A DNA stretch of 64,000 nt. Origin: Candidatus Pacearchaeota archaeon. GTDB taxonomy: Archaea; Nanobdellota; Nanobdellia; Pacearchaeales; GW2011-AR1. The stretch covers positions 56,775 through 120,774 of the forward strand of contig JAGVXF010000007.1 in NCBI GenBank assembly GCA_018303925.1, written 5' to 3'. Shown piece after piece: positions 56,181-64,000 of the stretch. Within the stretch, counting starts at the first letter, position 1, and each line of letters starts with the position of its first letter. Both the position numbers and the translations under genes were made by a program. Below the pieces are notes generated by a model. That model was not told the DNA's origin, searched no databases, and worked only from the letters and a program-made list of their open reading frames with translations.

Positions 56181-58226
56181 TCATTCTTTTGCGCTAATTC
56201 CGTGGTTTTTCTTGAATCTTATGATTTTTTCGACGAATCCTTCTATTTTTTGCTCATGTGAGACTATGATTAACTGTTTTACATTGAGCTGTTCAAGAAC
56301 GCCCCTCATTTTGTCAAGTTGCTGTTCACTGAATCCGTCGGTTGGCTCGTCAAGAATCACAATTTCTCTTGTTTTAATTTTACTCATAAGCGAGTTAATT
56401 ACCTGATTTAGGGCGAGCCTGTAAGCAAGCGCTATTGCGGTTCTTTCTCCGCCAGAAAGGTAGGCGTAGTCAATTTCATAATCATGCTGTTCTATAATGG
56501 GGGTAAAGTCGTCAGATATTCTTACAGAAAAAGTGTCAGATACTAGGGATTGGAACCATTCAGAGAAAAGAAGTGAAAATTCTTTTTTTAAAGAGTTCAT
56601 GACATTTTTTTCAAGAAAAGTTACAACCGGAACAAATTTTTTATTGAGCCAGTTTTCAAGTTCTGTAAGGTAAACAAGCTTCTTTCTTATTTCTTCAACT
56701 TTTAGAAGCCTTTTTTTTAAATCAGTTATTGAGCGGGAATAGACTTCTATTTCTTTTTTGACTTCTGCAAGCCTTATTTCTGAAATTTTTTCCTGCTTTC
56801 TTGCTTCATTAAGTTCTTTTTCTTTTTCATTAAAAACTAAGTCAAATTTTGATAAAGTAAAAAAAGACTGGTTTAAAGATTCAAGATGCTTTTCCAGAAT
56901 CAAAATGTCCTTTTTCAAAAAACCATTTTCTTTTTCAAGCTCCAGTAGTTTTTTCTCTTTTTCAGAAATTCCTTCATATCTCATTTTTAATATCTTAATG
57001 TCTGTAAGTTCCCTTTCATTTTTAGTAATTTTTGATTCAATTTCTTTTAATTTTTGGGAAGTGGATTTTTTTTCTTCTTCAAGCTCTTCAAGCCTTCTTT
57101 TAGCCTGAGAGATTTCATTGTATGACCTGTTCAGAACATTTGCCCTGTGAATAGAATCAACATCCTGATAGCAGGTTGGGCAGACTTTAAGTTCGGACAT
57201 TGTATCATGAATTTTTTTGTGCTCCTCTTCTTTTATTTTAAGGTTTTCAATTTCAGAGTTTATTTTAAATCTTTTTTCAGAGATCTCCTCTTTCTCTTTT
57301 TTATTCTCTTCAACAAATTTTCCTATTTCAGAAAGTTTTTTTTCGTCAAAATTTAAATTTTTGAAATTGTCAATTTCATTTTTCATCTCTTTTGTCAATC
57401 TTTCATTTTTTGATAAGTTCTCTTTTTTTGACAAAAGAAGAATTTTTGACTTTCCAAGTTCATTTTTTATATCATTTTTTTCATCAATTTTTTCTGAAAT
57501 TTCTTCCTTTTCTTTTTCTTTTATCTTTCTTAATTTTAACTTTTCCCCAAAATTTTCTTCCAGGTTTTTCGTGCTTTTTTTCATTTCTTTAAGTTCGTTT
57601 TCTTTTTTCAAAATATTTTTTTTGTCTTCGTCAATTGTTGAAGTAATTCCTTCCATCATTCTTTTTTCTTCCCTTATTTTTAATCTTAATACCCCTGTGT
57701 TTTCAATGATTGTTTTATATTTGTCAATTCCAAAAACATGGCGAAGGGTATTTAACCTAACTTCCGGGTCTTCAAGAATTATTTCTTTCATTGATTCCTG
57801 GGGAGTATAGACTGTAAACTTGTAGAGAAGATTTTGCTTTTTAGAAAATTCCTGAGGGTATTTTAATAAATCCAGTATTTTTTGCTTCAGTTCCATCACA
57901 GAAATTTCCTCTTTTTTTCCGTCAATTGTTATTGCCGAATAATCCTGCGATATGTTTTTTCCTTTTTTTAACTTTCTTTCAACCAAAATTTCTTTTCCGT
58001 CAACTTCAAAAATCAAAGTGACCCCCCCCTCTGTTTTTCCATTTCTTAGAAGGGCTGATCCTTTTTGCCCTGGCTGGAGTCCGAAAAGTCCAAATTCAAT
58101 TCCAAGCAGAACTGAAGTTTTCCCGGAGCCAATGTCCCCGGATAAAAGAGTTGATCCGGTGGAAAGTTCAACTTCTTCATGCTCATAACTTCTTATATTA
58201 TCCAAAATTATTTTTTTTATTATCAT
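56181..58226 (-). CDS. rad50: DNA double-strand break repair ATPase Rad50
   Basis: N-terminal Walker A GDIGSGKTS. Central zinc hook CPTC. C-terminal signature LSGGERTAIALAYRLAL and Walker B ILDEPT. 4-nt overlap with mre11. Confidence 0.9.
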   Translation of the reverse strand: MIIKKIILDNIRSYEHEEVELSTGSTLLSGDIGSGKTSVLLGIEFGLFGLQPGQKGSALLRNGKTEGGVTLIFEVDGKEILVERKLKKGKNISQDYSAITIDGKKEEISVMELKQKILDLLKYPQEFSKKQNLLYKFTVYTPQESMKEIILEDPEVRLNTLRHVFGIDKYKTIIENTGVLRLKIREEKRMMEGITSTIDEDKKNILKKENELKEMKKSTKNLEENFGEKLKLRKIKEKEKEEISEKIDEKNDIKNELGKSKILLLSKKENLSKNERLTKEMKNEIDNFKNLNFDEKKLSEIGKFVEENKKEKEEISEKRFKINSEIENLKIKEEEHKKIHDTMSELKVCPTCYQDVDSIHRANVLNRSYNEISQAKRRLEELEEEKKSTSQKLKEIESKITKNERELTDIKILKMRYEGISEKEKKLLELEKENGFLKKDILILEKHLESLNQSFFTLSKFDLVFNEKEKELNEARKQEKISEIRLAEVKKEIEVYSRSITDLKKRLLKVEEIRKKLVYLTELENWLNKKFVPVVTFLEKNVMNSLKKEFSLLFSEWFQSLVSDTFSVRISDDFTPIIEQHDYEIDYAYLSGGERTAIALAYRLALNQVINSLMSKIKTREIVILDEPTDGFSEQQLDKMRGVLEQLNVKQLIIVSHEQKIEGFVEKIIRFKKNHGISAKE

Positions 58227-59386
58227 TCTATGTCTAAAACTTTTCTTGACTCCCCCAAAATCCTCGTATTGAAAGAATCAATAGTTTCACCTTCCTGTTT
58301 TTCAATTGAGAGAATGTTTATTAACTGGGGGATAAATTTGTTGAACTCAGAAGGGTTTTCACTGGAGTATTTCATAATTCCCTCCTCTTCAAGATTATCC
58401 TTGTTTTTTATTTCAATGTCTAATTTAACTTCACTTGTTTTAAGGTCGTGAGTGTTTTTCAAAAAGAAGTATGCCCCATTTTCAAAACAGAAGTTTTCTA
58501 TTTTTTCAAAGTGTATGTCTGAAATTTTCTGGTTGTCGAGATCTCCAGAAACTCTCAAAAGAACAATCTTGTCTTTGAGATTCTTTTTTCCAAGTTCTTT
58601 TAAAATTTCCTCGTTTGTTAATATGGCATTTTTTGCTTCAACATCCAGGCTGACTATTTCTTTTACTTTTATATCTATTTTTTCAAACGGATTTCCAAGA
58701 TCAGTGTCTACAATGTAGAAACTACCGTTCTCAAGAGTTTCAAGTTCGCCGAAATTATTGGGAAATACCGGTCCTGGATAAACCAGGTTTTTATATCTGA
58801 AATCAATATGAATGTGACCAAGCGCATAATAATTTGCTTCTGGAAGTTTGTCTACCTCTGCACATTCAATTGGGAGAACCCCCCTTACTTTATCCATTGT
58901 TGTGTGAAGCATCAAAATCTTAAACATTCCTGGGGAATCGTTAAGTTTCAATTTTTTTATGTCTCCAACCTCAAGCCCCGATTTTTTACCCGGATAGCCA
59001 TAAATTGCAACCCCTTTGTTTATTGTTGGGGAGAGAATAATCTCGTTTTCTTTAAATTCTGCATCAAAAACATTTTTGCAAAATCCTGCTTTTTCCAAAA
59101 CCTCGAGGAAGGTTCTTCCCGAAGCAGAATAATCATGTGAACCTGCAATTATAAAAACAGGAATTTTTGCCTCTTTTAATTTTCTGAATTCGGCAAAAGT
59201 TTCTTTCAGAGTTTCAATAGGGGGGTAAGCGGAGTCAAACAAGTCCCCTGCTATTAAAATAAATTCCACTTTTCTCAAAATGCAAGTGTCTATAACCTTT
59301 TGGAATGCAATAAAATTAAGGTCCTGCATTGGACCCTGTCTCCAGCCCCCCAAGTGCACGTCAGCAAAGTGCGCAAAATGTACCAT
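58223..59386 (-). CDS. mre11: DNA double-strand break repair nuclease Mre11
   Basis: Calcineurin-like phosphoesterase motifs DVHLG, GDLFD, AGSHD and GHIH. Confidence 0.9.
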   Translation of the reverse strand: MVHFAHFADVHLGGWRQGPMQDLNFIAFQKVIDTCILRKVEFILIAGDLFDSAYPPIETLKETFAEFRKLKEAKIPVFIIAGSHDYSASGRTFLEVLEKAGFCKNVFDAEFKENEIILSPTINKGVAIYGYPGKKSGLEVGDIKKLKLNDSPGMFKILMLHTTMDKVRGVLPIECAEVDKLPEANYYALGHIHIDFRYKNLVYPGPVFPNNFGELETLENGSFYIVDTDLGNPFEKIDIKVKEIVSLDVEAKNAILTNEEILKELGKKNLKDKIVLLRVSGDLDNQKISDIHFEKIENFCFENGAYFFLKNTHDLKTSEVKLDIEIKNKDNLEEEGIMKYSSENPSEFNKFIPQLINILSIEKQEGETIDSFNTRILGESRKVLDIE

Positions 59387-59416
59387 TTTTCCCTCAATCT
59401 TTAAAAAAGATGGGGG

Positions 59417-59428
59417 TATATAAATATA
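59417..59428 (-). promoter_or_regulatory. TATA-like element about 30 nt upstream of the mre11 start
   Basis: tatataaatata in the divergent intergenic region. The position fits an archaeal TATA box for a short-leader mre11 transcript. Confidence 0.3.
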
Positions 59429-59561
59429 ATTGGGGGGGAAGTTAATTAATAATACAATTGTTAATTTGACTGAGAATTTATGAGGGTAATTAAAGTTTTT
59501 ATCAGGATAAGTCCGCTGTTCTCAGGCCAATCTTTTTAAATAAAGTTTTTTTCTTATAATA

Positions 59562-60263
59562 ATGGAAGCACAAAGATTTATTTCAAAGCTTATCGGGGAG
59601 TCAAAGATAAATGAAGATACAAAGATTCTTGATTTTTCGGCTCCAGAAAGATTTGAATTTGAAGCAGGGCAATATGTTAGGATGGCGTTTTATAAGGAGG
59701 GGAAAAGGATTTTAAGGGACTACTCAATTTTTTCAGCGCCATATGAGAAAGGAAAAATATCTGTTTATTTTAAAAAAGTTAAAGATGGTTACGCTTCAAA
59801 TTTTCTTTTTGATATGAAGGTGGGAGAAAAAATAGAAATGAAAGGCCCTTTAGGAGATTTTGTTGTGGGGGATTTTTCAAAAGATTTGATTTTTGTTAGT
59901 TCTGGGACCGGTTTTGGACCGTTCATGAGCATAATTAAGGATTTGATTTATAAAGGGTACCGCAGAAAGATGATTCTAATCCGGGGGTACAGGAAAGAAG
60001 AAAGTTTGGTTTGTGAAAATGAACTTAAAAAAATTAAAAAGAATAATAAGAATTTTTTTTATCACAATATTTTAAGCCAGCCTAATGAGGAAGATTATAA
60101 TTTAAAAGGGCATGTGCAGGAGTTCCTGGAAGGGTTTATTCCTTATGATTTTAATGGAGACTTTTATATATGCGGTCTAAAAGACATGGTTTCGGACATA
60201 TGTGAGAAACTTCGGGAAATAGGAGTTTCAGATGAGAGAATATTTTTTGAGAGGTATGATTAA
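59562..60263 (+). CDS. Ferredoxin-NADP+ reductase-family FAD/NAD(P)-binding oxidoreductase
   Basis: FAD motif RDYSIFS (RxYS) and NAD(P) motif SSGTGFGPF. 233 aa. Confidence 0.7.
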   Translation: MEAQRFISKLIGESKINEDTKILDFSAPERFEFEAGQYVRMAFYKEGKRILRDYSIFSAPYEKGKISVYFKKVKDGYASNFLFDMKVGEKIEMKGPLGDFVVGDFSKDLIFVSSGTGFGPFMSIIKDLIYKGYRRKMILIRGYRKEESLVCENELKKIKKNNKNFFYHNILSQPNEEDYNLKGHVQEFLEGFIPYDFNGDFYICGLKDMVSDICEKLREIGVSDERIFFERYD

Positions 60264-60293
60264 GTTTTTATATTCTAAAAGGTTTTTAAGAGC

Positions 60294-60842
60294 ATGAAGC
60301 GCATTTATATAATTCACGGCTGGGGGTTTGATTCAAGTATGCCGTGGATTTTATGGCTTGAGGAAGAGATTAGGAAGAAAGGTTTTGAAGTTTATTCTTT
60401 TGATATGCCCAACACCAATGAGCCAAAAATTGAAGAATGGGTTAAGTATCTTGAAGAGAATGTAGTTGATGTTGATGAAAATACTTATTTTGTCGGGCAT
60501 AGCATCGGATCTCAGGCAATAATGAGGTTTTTGGAAAAAAGCCATAAGCATCTGAAAGTCGGAGGATGTGTTTTTATTGCGCCATGGTTTGATTTGATTG
60601 GTCTTGGAAGCGAAGAACTTAAAATTGCTCATCCATGGTTTAATAGCAAAATTGAATGTGAAAGGGTGCTTGACCACACTGGAAACATAACCTGCATTTT
60701 TTCAACAAATGATCCTTATGTTTCTCCCCTCGAATGGAAAAAGTTTGAAGGGAGGTTGAAGGCAAAAATAATAATAAAAAAGGACGAAGGACATTTTGAA
60801 GAAGTTAAGAGAATTCCCGAGATTTTAGAGAATTTTAAATAG
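60294..60842 (+). CDS. Alpha/beta-hydrolase, RBBP9/YdeN-like serine hydrolase
   Basis: Nucleophile elbow GHSIG (GxSxG). IIHGWG N-terminus. 182 aa. Confidence 0.6.
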   Translation: MKRIYIIHGWGFDSSMPWILWLEEEIRKKGFEVYSFDMPNTNEPKIEEWVKYLEENVVDVDENTYFVGHSIGSQAIMRFLEKSHKHLKVGGCVFIAPWFDLIGLGSEELKIAHPWFNSKIECERVLDHTGNITCIFSTNDPYVSPLEWKKFEGRLKAKIIIKKDEGHFEEVKRIPEILENFK

Positions 60843-61356
60843 ACAATTCCCAGATTTCCAATTTTTCGTAAAATAATTTTTTCTCTCCGATAAGTTTTTT
60901 TGTGTAATTCCTGAAGTTAATTCCTTTAGTCAATGAAGAAATAAGCAAAAGTATCTTTCCGTTTTTTTTCAGATGGTTTTCTGCTTTTCTTAAAAATTTA
61001 TTTATTAATTCCCCTCCTTTTTTTCCGCCGGTTGTTGCAATGGCTGAATCGGAGTCCTCAAGATTATCTTCAGGAAGATAAGGGGAATTAAAAATTATAA
61101 GATTATATTTTCCTTTTATATTTGAGAAAAGATTAGATTCAAAAACATTTAATCCTTTGTCTTTGCAAACCTTAACAGATTTGGGATTTATATCCACTCC
61201 TTCCAATTTTTTAAATCCTTTTTCTTTTAAAAATTCAAGAATATATCCCGAACCAACACCAACCTCCAAAACCGCCATGGATTTATCTTTAACATTTTTT
61301 CCTAAGACTTCACACAGAAAATAAGTGTCTTCTGACGGCTCGTATATTAATGTCAT
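60835..61356 (-). CDS. SAM-dependent methyltransferase, HemK/Mtq2-like (putative release-factor glutamine MTase)
   Basis: N-terminal YEPSEDTYFL, SAM motif LEVGVGSGY and an NPPY-variant FNSPYLP. Confidence 0.55.
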   Translation of the reverse strand: MTLIYEPSEDTYFLCEVLGKNVKDKSMAVLEVGVGSGYILEFLKEKGFKKLEGVDINPKSVKVCKDKGLNVFESNLFSNIKGKYNLIIFNSPYLPEDNLEDSDSAIATTGGKKGGELINKFLRKAENHLKKNGKILLLISSLTKGINFRNYTKKLIGEKKLFYEKLEIWELSI

Positions 61357-61490
61357 AATTTTTAATAGTTAAACCTTTTTATTCATATGATATGTGAATA
61401 TCATTTACTTTCATTTTGGCATTATTCTTAGTTTTTATTATAGATTTCCCGGAAATTGTTAGATTCACAAAATGTTTATTGTCAGTTATT

Positions 61491-62078
61491 TTATCCAAAT
61501 AATCCGTTAATAAAATTTACGAGGTCTTCTTTGAAAAGGAATACAAGAGCAAGTATTCCAAGGAGCAGAATCAAAACGATTACAAGAACTGCTGTAAGAA
61601 TTTTGCTTTTAGGGTTAAAAGCCTTGATTTTTTCTCCGTAACTGGAAACTTTCTGTATTGGATTTTTATTCTCTTCTTTATTCTCTTTTTCTCCAGAAAT
61701 TTCGGGAACTTTTGTTTCGATTATCTTTGGAATGAATTTTTCATTCTTCCCTTTTTCTAATTTTTTCATTCTTTCCTCTTCCTTTTTCTTTTCTTCTGCT
61801 TTTTTTTTATTCTCTTCTTCAATTTTATTTTTAGCCAGTTTTTCACTTTCTTCCCTCTTTTTTATTTCTTCCTTACTTTCTTTAAGAATTTCGGCTTCTG
61901 ACATTCCTTTTTGAAGGTAAAGATAAGCTCTTGCAGCGTCCTCAATTTCTTCTTTTTTGTAGCCTGCCTGGTAAAAACTCATCATGGCCTGTTTAAGATC
62001 CTGCCCCCTTGCCAGTGCGCTTTTTAATCCTCCAAGAATTTCCTGATTTGTTAACAGATACTCTTCCTCTTTTACCAT
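61491..62078 (-). CDS. Charged KE-rich protein with C-terminal TM anchor
   Basis: K/E-rich central region. C-terminal ILTAVLVIVLILLLGILALVFLF. Confidence 0.4.
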   Translation of the reverse strand: MVKEEEYLLTNQEILGGLKSALARGQDLKQAMMSFYQAGYKKEEIEDAARAYLYLQKGMSEAEILKESKEEIKKREESEKLAKNKIEEENKKKAEEKKKEEERMKKLEKGKNEKFIPKIIETKVPEISGEKENKEENKNPIQKVSSYGEKIKAFNPKSKILTAVLVIVLILLLGILALVFLFKEDLVNFINGLFG

Positions 62079-62136
62079 TTTATAAATATGAATTTGATGT
62101 TTAAAAATTTGTCTTATTTGAAAATTCGTGGCTTAT

Positions 62137-63477
62137 TTATGCCTTCAAAACAAATCCATTATTCATAAGGTGGGAAGTTTCACCCGGAATGTACCCAAAT
62201 TCTTCTCCCAGATTTAGCAAAGGTTTTTCTTGCTCCTGTGAGCCGTGCGCCGGAATTATGTGCTTTGGCTTGAGAATGTTTATCATTTCCCTCATATCTT
62301 CCCTGCTTCCGTGCCCGTGAACATGCACATCAACCTGAAGCTTAACCCCCCTTTTTCTTAATTTTTCATCAAGTCTTCTTCTTGCTTCAATATTTACTTC
62401 TGTCGGAATAACACTCGAAGAAAAAATTAAATTGTCGCCCTCGCGAAATTTAAAGTGTGTTTCTCCTTTTGTAATTCTGTCAAGAATCGAATTCTCTTCT
62501 CCTTGATGTCCGGTGCAGACGATTAAGTACTTCCCCCTGTTTTTTTCAACTTTTTTTAAAATGGAATCAACCTGTCCCCTGTATTTTACTATCCTTATTT
62601 TATTTTTGAAGGGACACTTTCCAACATTTATTGCACATGTAATGTATTTTGCAAGGCTTCTTCCAAGAAAAATTATTTCTCTTCTTGTTTTTTGCCCAGA
62701 TTTTACAATATTATTTAATCTTTCAATGTGGCTTGAAAAGGTTGTAGCAAAAAGGGCTTTGTCACCATGATTAACTCTTGAAAAAGCATCTTCCAAGAGA
62801 TGTTCTGCAACTTTTTCCCCTCCCGGTCTTTTTTCTGTTGAAGAGTAAAGTGCATCTATTACAAGAACTTTTACTTTTTCTTTTCCTATTTCTTTTAATC
62901 TTTTGTAATTTGGGGGGAGTCCAAAAGTGGGGGAATTATCAAATTTAAGGTCAAGGGCGTAAAAGAAAATTCCCTCTTTTGTGTGGAGGGCAATATAAGC
63001 ACAGTCTATTGTTGAGTGTGTTGCATTGACAAATTCAACTTTAATTTCTTCAGTACTCCCTTTTATTTTATGGATTGAATTAGGATTGACTATATTTAGC
63101 CGGTTATTTACCTTCACTTTAGAGTCTTCAATTAAAGAATCAAGGACTTTCATTGTGAAAGGAGTCCCATATATTTCGACTCCCGGATATCTGTTTATTA
63201 AGAATGGCAGTCCGCCGATATGGTCAAGATGGGCGTGGGATAAAAATATTGCCTTAACGTGATTTCTCCATCCAAGTTCGTCAAGAATTCTGTCATCAGG
63301 AACCCCGCCGACTCTTCTTAATCCAGGAAGACTGTAGCCTATTTTTTCAGTTTCCTGAAGTTCAATAATTCCCGGGAGGAAAAAACCGCAGTCGAAAATG
63401 AAAACATCCTTACCCACTTTAACGGCAGTCATATTTTTTCCAACCTCATTAAATCCGCCTATTGTGCAAATTTCCAT
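62137..63477 (-). CDS. Archaeal RNase J-like beta-CASP ribonuclease
   Basis: N-terminal IGGFNEVGKNMTAV (the RNase J GG..EIGKN signature). MBL motif SHAHLDHIGG. 446 aa. Confidence 0.75.
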   Translation of the reverse strand: MEICTIGGFNEVGKNMTAVKVGKDVFIFDCGFFLPGIIELQETEKIGYSLPGLRRVGGVPDDRILDELGWRNHVKAIFLSHAHLDHIGGLPFLINRYPGVEIYGTPFTMKVLDSLIEDSKVKVNNRLNIVNPNSIHKIKGSTEEIKVEFVNATHSTIDCAYIALHTKEGIFFYALDLKFDNSPTFGLPPNYKRLKEIGKEKVKVLVIDALYSSTEKRPGGEKVAEHLLEDAFSRVNHGDKALFATTFSSHIERLNNIVKSGQKTRREIIFLGRSLAKYITCAINVGKCPFKNKIRIVKYRGQVDSILKKVEKNRGKYLIVCTGHQGEENSILDRITKGETHFKFREGDNLIFSSSVIPTEVNIEARRRLDEKLRKRGVKLQVDVHVHGHGSREDMREMINILKPKHIIPAHGSQEQEKPLLNLGEEFGYIPGETSHLMNNGFVLKA

Positions 63478-63516
63478 TTTATAAAATAAAGATGAAATTT
63501 TAGTTTAAAATGGTTT

Positions 63517-63855
63517 CTACAAAAGTGTTTCGACAGAAATTTCAACCATTTTTTTTGTCAAAAGATGATGATTTCCAATAGCAAGTTTCTCGAGGAGTGC
63601 AAGGTTTCTTTCATGTTCTTTGCATGCAGAAATTTCAACTGAAAAAAATTTTGAATCTTTCACTTTGAAATTTAAATCAAGGCTTTTGAATATTTCAGTA
63701 AAAAAATTGAATTCTTCTTTTGACTTCCCAAAACCTATCATATATTCTTTGTATTCATATCCGTAGAAACCGCAAACGTAACAAGGGTGATTTTTTCCAA
63801 AACTTCCGTTTATTTTTTTTTGTTTTTCAAGATAAAATGAAATTTCGCTTTCCAT
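63517..63855 (-). CDS. Hypothetical protein with CxxC
   Basis: 112-aa ORF. HPCYVCG motif. No family recognised. Confidence 0.3.
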   Translation of the reverse strand: MESEISFYLEKQKKINGSFGKNHPCYVCGFYGYEYKEYMIGFGKSKEEFNFFTEIFKSLDLNFKVKDSKFFSVEISACKEHERNLALLEKLAIGNHHLLTKKMVEISVETLL

Positions 63856-64000
63856 TGGGGTTTTAATAAGAAAAGGTATTTAAGGATTTGGATATTTTAA
63901 TAATTATGAAGCCGTTAATCCCCTCACATAAAGAGAAAAAAAGATATCTTTTGCTTAGAGGGAAAGACCTTAAAAAAAATGTTTCAGTTGCAATAAAAGA

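Noticed and set aside
57147-57810. Several ORFs of 60-200 aa rich in F/S/L on the plus strand inside rad50 (57147..57356, 57217..57810, 57392..57592) and similar ones elsewhere (9504..10106, 56758..57108)
   Set aside because: These are antisense to strongly supported genes. Their low-complexity Phe/Ser/Leu composition is the mirror image of Lys/Glu-rich AAA/GAA coding on the other strand. They are spurious.
1-64000. CRISPR arrays, rRNA genes, transposases or integrases
   Set aside because: No regularly spaced direct repeats, no rRNA-like conserved blocks and no recombinase motifs were seen. The only repeats found are intragenic (the giant surface gene).

Overview
This 64 kb window is AT-rich (roughly 30% GC by eye) and densely coding. 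It carries unmistakably archaeal hallmark genes: TBP, MCM, aIF-1A, aIF-2beta, ATP-dependent DNA ligase, a class-I archaeal CCA-adding enzyme, RtcB plus archease, aCPSF1 and RNase J beta-CASP nucleases, proteasome beta, Mre11-Rad50 and an intron-containing tRNA. Mixed in are several bacterial-type enzymes: FtsZ, MnmA, short-form adenylate kinase, TrxB, PepF and an SNase-LTD nuclease. A small-genome DPANN-like archaeon is my inference, not a demonstrated assignment.

The left third (1-24 kb) is housekeeping. It holds translation and replication genes, two tRNAs (Asn with a BHB intron, and Leu) and a type II R-M module, plus two disrupted genes: MCM (frameshift with the sensor-1 AAANP block missing) and a Fe/Mn SOD lacking its N-terminal His ligands.

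The middle (24.6-44.8 kb) is an accessory surface island. It encodes several giant secreted or membrane-anchored Cys-rich proteins that share modules and contain near-identical internal DNA repeats. It also encodes a type-IV-pilin-like protein, a dockerin plus T9SS-CTD-like protein and a PKD-domain glycoprotein. Embedded in the island is an RtcB-archease RNA-repair block bracketed by two paralogous MazE/AbrB-nucleotidyltransferase fusion proteins, two paralogous small basic proteins and a start-less HEPN remnant; a canonical MntA-HepT pair sits on the far side of the largest gene. A GC-rich intergenic patch at about 30.17-30.42 kb looks like SRP (7S) RNA.

The right third (44.8-64 kb) returns to housekeeping. 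Of note there are a small GTPase co-oriented with two small partners (one a Zn-ribbon protein), a presenilin/SPP-type intramembrane protease and mre11-rad50 without adjacent herA/nurA. No CRISPR array, rRNA or obvious transposase was seen.
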